Shown here piece by piece: positions 1 through 11,500 of a stretch of DNA of 64,000 bases. Every line of letters starts with the position of its first letter. The first letter of the stretch is position 1. Below the pieces are notes generated by a model, which saw only the letters and a list, made by a program, of their open reading frames with translations, had not been told where the DNA came from and searched no databases. Origin of the DNA: Oculina patagonica (lineage: Eukaryota); assembly GCF_052425735.1 (NCBI RefSeq), contig NC_135764.1:32922001-32986000 (forward strand). The letters are read 5' to 3'. Made by a program: the position numbers and the translations under genes.

Positions 1-267
1 AGCAAATAACATTGTCAGCAAGATCTTCATTAAAATCAGCTCTAATCACAGACATCACATGTTCAGCTGCTATCATTTACCAAGTCAAACATGCATTGCG
101 AAATTATTGCATCCTATTTTCTGCTTTGTCTGCCCCTATTCCCCATACCAGAGAAGGGAACAGGGATTTATATATTATTGGCTTAAATCAACTGTTATGC
201 CTCTATAGAAAAAAATAAAAAATTGGAACATTGTGTAATCATGATTTTTTTTTTTAATTCCTTGCAG

Positions 268-3200
268 ATTTGTACTGGCAAACCGGTAAGTCGAGTCTTT
301 TGGCCTATTGGTTTTGTAAATGTCAATTACTATAAATATTCCTGAAATAAAGTTATTTGTTCAGGAAGGAAGAAGGTCTGTGAACTAGAAAACAGCGAAA
401 TGTTAAGATTGTAATTTAAGATTAGAACTGATTTGTTTTGTGCTACTAAATGCGCCGCAGTGAGCATAGAATAGATGGTATTTTGGAGCATTCAGTTTTT
501 GTTTTACTAAGTATTTTTCATGCATCACACTGTAGGTTGGCTAAACGCATTTTCTGGATTGGAATAGCAAACTTTGTTCTTTCTCCTTTCATTATTATTT
601 GGGTTATTTTGTATTCATTCTTCACTTATGCTGAGGTAGGTGTAATTTCTTTGAAATATTTGTTCTGTAACATGTAGACTTGATAGGTATCCGAACTATG
701 AACCTAAACTCTTGATTTAAAGCAGCCTGAAAACGGCTAGCAACAAAGAAAAATATCATTGAAAATAATTGGTAGTGTTTCCTGACGTTGCAAGCTGTGC
801 GATTACATTTTAGAACATTTAAATTGTGTTGTGCAACAGTGCAACATAAAATTTAAATTAGAGTCATATCTGACCAATCATGGCTGTCGACAAACCCAAA
901 TACTGCACTGAACCAATCAAAAGTCACAGCAAAAACCTGCAACGGATGCTAAGCGCGGGAAATCGCACTGGAAGCCAAATCACGAGTTGTTTGACTTTGT
1001 TCCTGATAAACTGGCTGAATAAAAAAATAGGGGAATATTTTGTTCACTATAAGCAGTCCCTCTTTCTTCTTAGTTCGTTGAGCGTGAAGCAAAGTAAAGC
1101 GCTCGTGGAAAAATGTCCATGGGAAATCTGTGGGACAGACGCGCATCTATCCCTCAGATTTCCCCAGGCCATTTTTCCACCCCCACTCTTTTTCCGTTTT
1201 ATGGTAGACGGACTAAGAAAAAAGAGGGACTGCTCGTACTCAATATATTTTGTGATTGGTTAAATCAAATTGCATGAGTTTTGCGTGCTTGTCTTATGTT
1301 CCTCACACTGTATTTTTTTGTCTGTAGATGGTGAAAAGAGAACCTGATACTTTTGGAGCACGCAAATGGTAAGAGTTCTTACTTGTGTAGTAAGCTATAA
1401 AATAGGCATTCAAGTCTCTTTGGAAGCAAAAGATGTTGCTATTTTGGAGGGTATAATGTCTTATGATTGCCCGTGTTGCTACACAACAAGAGCTATTAAT
1501 ATCGTTTTCTGAGGCGGCTCGTGGGAAATTTGAAAACCTTGACTCCCAACAATTTGTTTTGCATCTTTTCGACGAACCTCTCAAAGAAAACCAACTGACT
1601 GTATTATTGACATTTTACAGGTCCTCCTATGGCAGACTGTTTTTTCGACATTTTAATGAATTGGACCACGAACTCCAGGCAAGGTAAGTGAAAAAAATGC
1701 ATCGTTATTACAAGAACTGATAGTTGGGTGGTTGAATTTACCAGCCAATAACTAATTTGTCGAAATTTGACCAATAATCGAACGTATTGAAACGGGTGTA
1801 GAAACCTCGTTTCCTCTCAGTTCTTATATTTTTTTTCCTTTCACGCGACGTTTTAACCTATTTCTATATTTTTTCTTGCTTTCCAGATTGAGTAGAGCGT
1901 ACGAACCAGCATCCAAATACATGAATCTTTTCGTCTCTCCTTTCATGGCCATCATAGCCAAGTAAGTTTTTTCGTGCTTGTTCGTACAGTCAAGTTTCGT
2001 TTTCCGGAGATCCTCGAGAAGCACCCGAAGAGTTCCTGTGTCTACCTGTCCAATCAAAAAAGATAGGTCGAGCACTCGAAAGATGTTGCGTCAGCTTGTC
2101 GGGTTTAGGTAACGTCATGTTGCTTGGCAAACTCATTCACAAAAATAGCGGGCTCATACAGCCTAGTCTTGGAAGTGGAAAAAACGTGCAAATAAGAGAA
2201 GATAAACCTCGTTTTTTTTTTCAAGGCCATCCCAATAAAATGTTTCGTTTCCCATCGCCCGACCGACCCATTTTAGACCAATTAGATCGTATTCAACGAA
2301 ACGTTTTATTGAGATGGCCCTGAAGCGCTTTAGAAATCCTCGAGTTACAACTAACTGAACAAATTTAATATGGAGCATAAAATAGCGAATCTGTAAATAT
2401 TTTGGAGAAAGTGTAATACATCAATGTTGTTAATATTCCGCAGGAACTTGGCATTTTTTGCTGGAGCACTGTTCGCTGTGTTGACGATATTTACACTCCT
2501 GGACAGGGATGTTCTCCTAGCGGAACACGTGCTCACTGCTATAGCAATATTAGGTGAGGTCAGAGAGATCGAAGTACAAGTATAAACTACTACTTTACAC
2601 CCACCCCCTGATGGGATGCTAGTCCATCAGAGGTTATTCCCGACATTTAGTTAGTGTTTTGCTCCATTTTATACTACAGGGACAGTGCAATATTTGAATG
2701 CTCGGCCCCATTAGCACTTGTGCTACGACCGAGGGTAAACAAATGTCATTTTCTTTTCTTTTTACTGTACGAGTCGTGTCTCGCGCAAGAACAATGGCGG
2801 CCAGGCTCCTACAAGAGCCTTTCGATTCTCAAAGCGAGCGTAAATCACTTACATTTTGTTATTGCGCTTGTTTTTTTCAGGTTTAATAATACGAGGATGT
2901 TACATATTTGTACCTGACGAGGTTGGTTTATTATTTTCGTTGCATTCAAAATGGGCAGTGACCATTGTAGAAAGAAAACAAATTACTTTAAGAACTTATT
3001 AAATTATGCTAGAGCGGTTTTCACTTGAGTGTCGAAAGTAAATTGCGTTTGCTTTGGTTTTGCATTACTACGCTTAGTGATTGGCTTAAAAATCTCGCGC
3101 CACTTTCTCAGCCAATCAGGAGTAAAACCAAAACCAATCGTGACTCGCTCGCGCACGTTTTCCCGCGCTTCGTGCCAGTTACATGTATTTGCCTCGAGTT

Positions 3201-6044
3201 TTGATTGGTTCACTGGATTGTCTGTATCCTTTGTGATTGGCTAGAGTAATTACTTTGGTTTTGGTTTTACGACACTCAATATTGAAAATTGCTCTAAAAA
3301 CTGAGCAAAACAGGTAGCTGGTGCCAAGCGCGGGAAAACCTACGTAAGCAAAGTCAAGAAGTCAAGATTGATTTTGTTCACTTTAGACAGTCAACTAAAA
3401 ACCACCTTATCTCACTTTTTAAATATTTTTTTAGAATACTGTATGGGACCCTGAACAACTGTTAAAGCAAATTGTGTCCCATACGCATTATATTCCTGAT
3501 TCGTGGAAAGGAAAGGCGCACACCAGAGAGGTTTGTAATAGCTTTGCATTTGTTCAATAAACGAGATACAAATAGCGCATAGTAAAATGCAATGTTGATC
3601 TCATCAGCTGCATGCTGCACATAATCATTTTAACCATCATTTAAAAAACAAACGCAAACACCGTATTTTCTCAATTAAACGCCCCCGGTGTTTATTTCAA
3701 GCTTGCTCATCTGAGAAAATCCACAGCCTCCATGAGGCGCCGGGTGGGGCGAGTGCTTTTACCGAGTTTGCTCCTCTGTCTTCAGTTGTATTGTATCTTA
3801 GTGCCTTACTAACTTAGTAATTCATTATCAATTCTCTTTCCAATGTTGTACAATGTACTTTTCAAATTGTTTTGTCAGGTGCGACAAAAATTTTCTCAAG
3901 TGTTTCAGTACAAAGCGGTAAGTTGATGCATTTATAAAGCTGGCGTCTTTAATGTGCTTAAGTTTAGGTTGAGATCCATCCTGGGCAAAGATTGTTGTTT
4001 TTTATGTATTTTAAATTTGAACGTTTGAACGTTTGAACATTTCCACGCTTATTGTCTTTCTGTTATTGATGTTGTGATAGGAATACGTGATTCAGGAGCT
4101 ATTCAGTCCTATCGTGACGCCCTTCCTTCTGTGTTTTAATCTGCGCTACAAATCTCTCGACATCGTGGATTTCTTCAGAAATTTCACTGTTGATGTTGTG
4201 GGTGTTGGAGATGTTTGTTCGTTTGCGCAGATGGACGTGAAAAGGCATGGAAACCCAGAGGTAAGTCCCAAGATCGAAAATGAAAACTTTTCTGTCTTTT
4301 TGACTGCTGCGCTAAACATTACTCGCGAACTTTGAGAATAATTTTGTCTATCTACATGTTCCTAATGCTTATTTCTGCTTATTTTTTAGTGGCTAACTCA
4401 AGGATTAACAGAAGCAACACAATATGAACAAGCTGAGCACGGAAAAACAGAACTGTCTCTTGTTCACTTTTCTGTAAGTGTTCATTTTAGTCTTTCTTGT
4501 TTTGTGTATTGAATGAGTTTGCCGTAAATATTAACCGCAAATTCTGCGTGATTTGCAGATAAGGAACCCGACTTGGAAACCAACAGAACAAGGCGCTCAG
4601 TTTATCAGCACAATTCGGGAAAATGGTTAGTATGAAGTTATTTGCATTACTAGTAGATTAGATTGGTTTCCAATCGAACTATTTCTATGCAATCACGCTG
4701 GGCCAACTCCAACTCTGCCCGTTAAGAAGGATGAGTTGTCTAGCGTCCCTCGCCAAGCGAACGCTCGAGTGTTAGGATCAGTCGGCAAGTCAAAGAATAG
4801 GCTAAGAGAGTGGAAATTCTCATCGTCGTTCCATGGAAACTTAACAAAAGATTACCTCGTGAATTGTAGGATAATGTAAGTGGCTTATGAAAGGCTTTTT
4901 GAATGATTTGAGGCCTTACCTTACGGGACGCTACAGATTGGAAAACTGTTGCTAAAGTTTGACGTTTCAAGGTGTTTGGTTGCCTTGTCTTTCGGTTCTT
5001 GACACGTTTTGCTTATTGTTAAGGTGACAGACTGTATTATTTTGTGTTTTAATTCTGTATAAACGTTGTTTTTACTTCAGCGGTCCAAGAAGGTCTGAAC
5101 CTGAGCCACAGCGCTGCTATGTCTGAAGCAAACTCTCTTCCGGATTACAGATCAGGCAGTGTAAGTGCTGTTTTTAATAGATATAGAGTTTGTCAAATGT
5201 TACATTTGTAAAAGGTATTCATGAATTGTTCTCTCCTCTGTGTCATACCTTCAGTTTCAAGGCTTGCCTTACATTAATCCCATGAGCCTCAGCGATCCGT
5301 CACTCACTCCACTGGGGACTACCGCTGTAACACCAAAGCAGCAGGCTCAAGCAAGGGAAATGTTCATGAATTCCAGCATGATGTATATGCACGAGGTAAG
5401 GAGATTTTACCCAGAAATCAGTTAGCCATAGTAACTCGCTGATGGGCTTTATTCCTCCATTCAATGACACAACTTTTCAAATCTGTTTCAGCTGCGAGAT
5501 CGTCAGGTTGAACAGACTGGAGCACCACGAGTTGCCAGCTTAACGACGACAACAAGACAACAGCAGCAACAGCAGCCATCAACATCCGCTCAGCTTTTTG
5601 AAGAAGAGAGCGAAACAGAACAGTCAAGGTATACAAACAGTACGCGAATTACTAGTCCCCAGCTTGCGTGCAACTTTTGTTAAGGTTGTTCACTGGATAG
5701 CCCCAGGTACATTGCGTTACGACACAAATAGTGGCTCGTGTGTGCGAAGAAGAGGTGAACTATAATTCCTGAAGCGTAACGCGCAAACAAATTTCAGGAA
5801 TAGTATTGAGCTAATGTGAATCGTGCACTATGTTGTCTCATCTTTAAGAAACAAAAAAAATATATATTCTGTATTTCTCAACGTGTGAATAACTAGGGCA
5901 AAAAGGGCGTTTGTGCTTAATTTGTAAACAGTAAACACTGGTTGGTACATGTCAAATTTTCTTTTAAAGGAATTTTGTTTTTCTTAAAATAATTTAAACT
6001 GACGTTGTATTTTGTGTTACAGGGACGACGCAGGGATTGTGTGA
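268..6044 (+). CDS. ATG9A: Autophagy-related protein 9, 3' portion; the gene starts upstream of the window. Approximate exons: 268-285, 536-635, 1329-1368, 1621-1683, 1888-1960, 2444-2553, 2881-2921, 3435-3530, 3879-3917, 4081-4260, 4390-4473, 4559-4625, 5081-5160, 5254-5395, 5492-5628, 6023-6044
   Basis: The spliced translation gives RLAKRIFWIGIANFVLSPFIIIWVILYSFFTYAE, KREPDTFGARKWSSYGRLFFRHFNELDHELQARLSRAYEPASKYMN and IQELFSPIVTPF..DIVDFFRNFTVDVVGVGDVCSFAQMDVKRHGNP. These match recalled ATG9 motifs. Junctions are GT-AG; stop TGA at 6042-6044; AATAAA near 6535. Confidence 0.95.
3010..3296. mobile_element. Palindromic MITE-like repeat in an ATG9 intron
   Basis: Imperfect terminal inverted repeats: TAGAGCGGTTTTCA..TTGAGTGTCG and CGACACTCAA..TGAAAATTGCTCTA. 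Repeated GATTGG motifs inside. Confidence 0.7.
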
Positions 6045-6666
6045 ACGAACAGTGGACGAGTTTGTCAAAAGAAACAACTACTTGATTAGTGTCAAGGAGC
6101 TTTTAACTTCGATTTCGATCGTTCATTAGACTGGATATCACAGTTAAAGACTGGATATGCTACACAAGCTGCTGAAGAATACTTTTCCATGAAACGAAAT
6201 TCAATCCATAGATGTTATCTTTTATTCTGCAATATAACCTCTTTACAATTTTCATTTTACAATTTAGGGTATCTATATTGAGGGTGGTTTTAAAATGCGA
6301 AAAGGTTGTCAAATGTTTCTCATGGTTGTCATATATTGTATAGTTTTAAAATTGTGTTAGTGTTCAAGTTTATGGTGTACACATATTTCCCAAAATTAAG
6401 TTATTCAGCGTTGTGTTTTATTGAATTATATGAGATTTTGTGTAATCAGCACAGAGTGATCGTTTGATACTAACATTTTTCACTCTAAGGGTTATAACGA
6501 TTGTATCATTTGCAATGATTGGTATATAGCGATAAATAAATTAAAAGTGCTTTATTTTCTATAAAGGCTTCATTCTTTCTTTTCTTGTAAACCTAGGGTG
6601 CTTAGTCAAACTCTATGAATACCAAAAGAAAGGCTCAGAAATATAATTCATACTCAGCTTAGTCTC

Positions 6667-6955
6667 GGCGAGCGCTGATCAGAAGGAAAACCCTGGGAAC
6701 ACGAGTCTATTACTGCTCCTGCCTGGCAACGAGTAAGACTGAAGGACAGAGACCATGTGACGTCCTTCATTAGAGTAGTTTTCCTGGAAGGATGGGAGGG
6801 AGGTGTGCCGCCGCTAAGGACAGGTTGGTTTTGGTACTGTTCAGGGTAAGACAACTTGGCGGCGCATGCATCGGCTTTGTAAGATAACTACAGCTGTTTC
6901 AGCCCGTTACATGCGCGAGGGAAAACATTTATGAGTTGCGCCGCCCTTTCTTTTT
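6667..6955 (+). ncRNA. Candidate structured non-coding RNA, possibly Pol III type-3; family unassigned
   Basis: GC-rich island between two convergent gene 3' ends. Several helices: 6685-6691/6778-6784, 6740-6747/6762-6769, 6858-6866/6937-6945. It ends in TTTCTTTTT and has TATAA at 6642-6646 upstream. Confidence 0.35.
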
Positions 6956-7059
6956 CGATGATCTCCTTGGTTTCAAAGATAACAGCTTATTAGTAATTGA
7001 AGTACCCCAATTATAAATGAAGAAACGTTCTCAAACCTGGACTTGAGACCCTTTTTCAA

Positions 7060-7160
7060 GGGTTAGAGCGTCCATCCAGTATCTGGAAGGTCATGGGTTT
7101 GACTACCGTTGGGGACTCAGCCTTTTTTTTTTTTCGACTCGAGAACGCTTCTTTATTTAA
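7060..7160 (+). mobile_element. tRNA-derived SINE fragment related to the 11193-11576 element
   Basis: GGTTAGAGCGTCC..GTATCTGGAAGGTCATGGGTTTGACTACCGTTGGGGACTCAG aligns by eye with the right arm of the 11.2-11.6 kb element. Confidence 0.65.
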
Positions 7161-7696
7161 TATTTAGCCTCTTTTTGTGGTGCAGAGGCCACGTTCAAAC
7201 TTTTACCATTTCAATTGTTACACTCTTTTTCATTTACGTTGTCACGAAGAGACAGTATTTAATACGAAAATTTAAAAGATTTCCGAGTCGATCATATTTT
7301 AGGTTTTATTGTGGACAATTGCCGTGCTAGGTGGTATAGACATAGCCTTGGACTAACAAGAAAGGTCTTCAAGATAAAGTGTCGAAAGAGAAATTGCTGT
7401 GTAAATGTTCACGTTTAATAATAATTTATTTTTTCAATAATACAATTCTTATGTATATATAAGCTACATGCACTTACTCTGTATTTATATAAAAAAAGAT
7501 ATTAAGCAAATTATTCATAATTCCATTGTACTGTATTTAAAAATATAAAACCTCTCTGGTCCTTACTCATTAAATATTTATTTCAAGACGATAGAAGCCT
7601 TACGTAATGTTTCGATGGTGACAAGTGAAATGGACTCACTACACTCAGGTATGTGCACTTTGCTCCTCTCAAGACTGAAGTAACACACCAGCCTAG

Positions 7697-7738
7697 CAGT
7701 GGACAGCTGTTTTTCCTCTTTGGGACTCGTCAGCAATG
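7697..7738 (-). ncRNA. Degenerate type I hammerhead ribozyme, probably inactive
   Basis: The minus strand reads CATTG-CTGACGA-GTCC-CAAAGA-GGA-A-AAA-CAGCTG-TC-CACTG. The CUGANGA core, stem II, palindromic stem III and GUC site are present. C11.1 and G12 are lost, and stem I has a mismatch. Confidence 0.6.
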
Positions 7739-8515
7739 TGCAAGGCATGTGGATAATGGGTGCAAGTTCTTATTTCTCCCACCTCAGTGATCCAACACTT
7801 GTGGTACACAAGGTGGATCTTTGGAGACGAGCGCACTGTTCGTACTGTTTTCTGCATTATTGGGCAGTAAAACTCGGAAACTTACGAAGATTCCCGAAAA
7901 ACTAAAGTTGTTCCCTGACTTAATTTTGGATCTCTCCTGAACAATTCCGGAACATTCATAAGCATCTGGGGATTGGAAGCGATTCTCCAAAAAAATGGTT
8001 ATTACAAAGCCAAAAACTATTTGAGTAATAGTGCACTTCAGAAATGATCAATTTCAAACCGTACAAGATTGAATGGGATACTGCTTCCACTCAATTTTGG
8101 AGAAAATAACTTGAAGGCGTATGGATTGACCAGTTAGTTTCAAGAAATTTTGTTCTACATATGATTTATCGTTACATAATCGCGTGGTCATAATTTTCAA
8201 GTGGTCATTATCACAATGAGTACATATAAATTCTTACTAAAACTGATAATAAAGTGAGTCAAAATATTTCTATAAAAAAATCGGGTTTGACGGATACTTA
8301 ATTCCGTCGTTGCCATGTTGTGGAAATCTGAGAGAAGTCTAAAATGCTGTGGTTTTGCAAAACAGTATCAAGCTCTCACGAGTGTTTCTAAAACTAAACA
8401 GAAACATGGACATAACATTTTCCATTTTTTTTTTTTTACAAAAAAGGTATCCACTTTTCCTATGAACTATTTTCCATTTCCAACTAACAGTTATGCTAAG
8501 TGAACAATTTAACAG

Positions 8516-11500
8516 CTAAGCCTGTACTAATCCTGTATTTTCATCATCATCTTCAACATCATAATAAAAGTCGTCTTCAAGCATCTTTAGTCTGGAGTAG
8601 CCATAATCTTCAAATCGAATCGCTTGTTTTCTCTTTATTCGCCTGTACATATAGTTTCCCGCAATAAGAGCCATGCCGAGGCAGATGAGAACAGCAATAA
8701 CGATTCCTGCAATTTGTTTTCCCTTTGAGGAAGAACTTACAGGAGATGTAGAGGAACTTTGGGTAGTTGGTGTTAATGGGCACTGAAAATATTAAAAAAA
8801 AAAATAATGTCAACTTTAATACAATCTACTTACTTACTACTTATCCTCCGGGCCCATGAGGACTCTGAGGCCGGCCAGAAAACGCGCCATCCATCCCGGT
8901 CCGCCGCCGATGCGACAGCAGCCCCACACTAACACTACCCCAGCCGGTTCTTTCTGTCTCCACGGTTTTAATACAATCTAATGCTTCGTTATTAGGCAAA
9001 TTTACAATTAATATTTGAAGTTCACAAATGATCATAAAATATAAGTGTAATATAATATAAGGAGGCAGTGGTTTACGTGTAGGGAGCTGAGTTGTTTTGG
9101 GCGCTGATGTTGTAATCCAAAGGTCCAGGGTTTAAACCCTCCACCCTTACCACTAGCTGGATTTGTTCTCGGTCGTCCCGAGTTCAAATTCCTGACCAAT
9201 CCTCGGTCACGCTTTGTATATAGCCAACTGGTCTGCCTCCTGCTAGAGTCCTGCTACTATGTTATGACTGTTATGTACATTTCAAATATTTGTTTCCTCT
9301 GTTTCAGTGGCAGGCCTGTAAACTAGCTATCTCAAAGAGAAATGAAGCTATTAAAGTGTATGACCACTATAAAAAACATTTACACTAACAATTTTACTAC
9401 TAACTTTAAGGTGTGAGCGTGCGTAACTTGACGACTGTGTAGTTTTGAGCACGCATATGGGAAACGCTAAAGGGACGAGACGGCCACGCGAGGCCTCTTC
9501 TCGTGATCTAGTGCCCTTTTAATACACGCGCTTGAAAAACTACACAGGCGCCTGCTATGCAGGCTACAAGAAGTGCAGCAAGTTAACCTTACCTCAGGAC
9601 TTGTTGAACATGCAGTCGGCACTTTTAACTTACATCTTGAATAAACAAAAACTCCATAACTGTCATTCTGTGGTTTAAAACTAAATTGGAAAAATTAAAA
9701 AATAAAGATCATTTATTTATTTACACTTTTAAGTAAAATCAAAACGTCACATTATGCCACTGGTGGGACTGTCACAAACTTCCCAGAGTTCTATATCCTC
9801 CTTGTGCTTCAATGTAGGCATAACACTTTCCAGGATGTTATGTGTGCACAAGAAGGTAATCATGGAGACAAAAAGGAAACGTCTTACCTAGCCAAATGTA
9901 CAAATAAGAAAACCCATTTTTGGTATAATTATGGGTGTTCTCAGTAGGTATATATACATTGGTCTGGGATCCCTTTTAATGAACTGGTGTCCCATCTAAG
10001 TGTGACATGTTGTAGTGATACTATTCATTATTGCTCGCCATGGAAGAAATACCGTATTTTCTCGATTAAACGCCGGACCCCGTTTAAACGCCGGCCTCGT
10101 ATAACCGCCGGGTCAAATTTTTTTTTTTTTATTTAAACGCCGGGGGGGTTGTTTGTGGCCCGCGGTTTTTTTTTTGTTGATCATATAATTAATTATTTTT
10201 TTTTTTTTTACATTTTTTTAACCTAAATTATTCTTTTTTTTATTTTTTTTTGATATTCCTTTTTCCGGGGGCTTTTGGGGGGAAAAAAAAAAAAAATTCT
10301 AACCCCTCAAAGAAGGGAAAAAAAAAAAAATATAAAAAAATTGAGAAGATTGTAGCCCCCCCCCCAACCCAAGTATTGGGGGGGTTTATTATAGCTGAAC
10401 CTCTACTCAGTGTCTGATGATTACACATATATTAAAGAACAAATAAAAGGTTTCTTTTAAAGACAATGTCCAGCACTGACCACAAGAGAGCCAGGGCAAC
10501 TTATGGGAGGTGTCTGATAGGAGACATTTGATCCCGTAAGTTTTTTTATTCAGTAGACAAAAGATATTTACCAACCTGTAACAATCCAAAATGTTGGCAA
10601 CTGACCCAATGCAGCATCCAAGGTTATTATAAAAATCCCACACATCCTAAATGAAAAAAAGGGAACAATATTTTAGACTTGAACACCTTTTAATAAAATA
10701 AAGTACCAATAAAAGGACAAGGATAAGAACGTCCTGATGATCTGTAGTTGAACCTCCTCTAGTGTGGCCCCTTTTCTACCACAACCGGGATTTTTTGCCC
10801 CGACCATGCACTGATCCATACACTTAACTCTTATGTAAACCTCCACGTAATGTTCAGCCACAGGGTTGCCTTTGTAGAATTTTGTCTTTATGTACACATT
10901 TAAATGAGAGGTACATTGTATCTGCTATAATATATAACACTGGCTGGATATAGGAAAGAAAATGACAGCAGAACACAGAATGTTCAGGACATGACTTGAT
11001 GTCATCTTTGTTCAGCTCCTCACACTTCTTACAACAGAGTCACAATGCCATTTTGAATGTTTTCACTTTGCAACTAAAATGCAACAGCATTCTGGAATAT
11101 GTTGGCAAAGTGTTTGGGACTTTGGGTTATCAAATTTATTTGTCCCATGCATAACCTAATAAATCCCAAGAGTGACCAACATCAAATTTCTCGTAAATAA
11201 TAAAGATGGTAAATTTTAAGCTCGGTAATAAATAATAAATATAAGATGTTCAACATGACACAAGCATGGGACAAAGAAAAATTCTTAGTCCCCGACAGGA
11301 ATCGAACCCATGGCCTCCCAGAAACCGGTTGGGCGCTCTAACCAACTGAGCTACGAGAGACTCGTTGTGAGCTGCGACATTGCAGAACCTAGCAGTGTGC
11401 AGGACGCGTGTCACATATCAACCTAGTAAATGGCCCAGCTCACAACGAGTCTCTCGTAGCTCAGTTGGTTAGAGTGCCCAACCGGTATCTGGGAGGCCAT

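Noticed and set aside
6667-6955. Assignment as telomerase RNA, RNase P/MRP, SRP, U3 or a spliceosomal snRNA
   Set aside because: I found no CTAACCCTAA template, P4 consensus, SRP helix 8 motif or snRNA 5' signatures, so it is left unassigned.
10050-10400. Homopolymer-rich stretch and its ORF
   Set aside because: It begins like a MITE also seen near 3660, then degrades into A/T/G/C runs; probably low-quality sequence.
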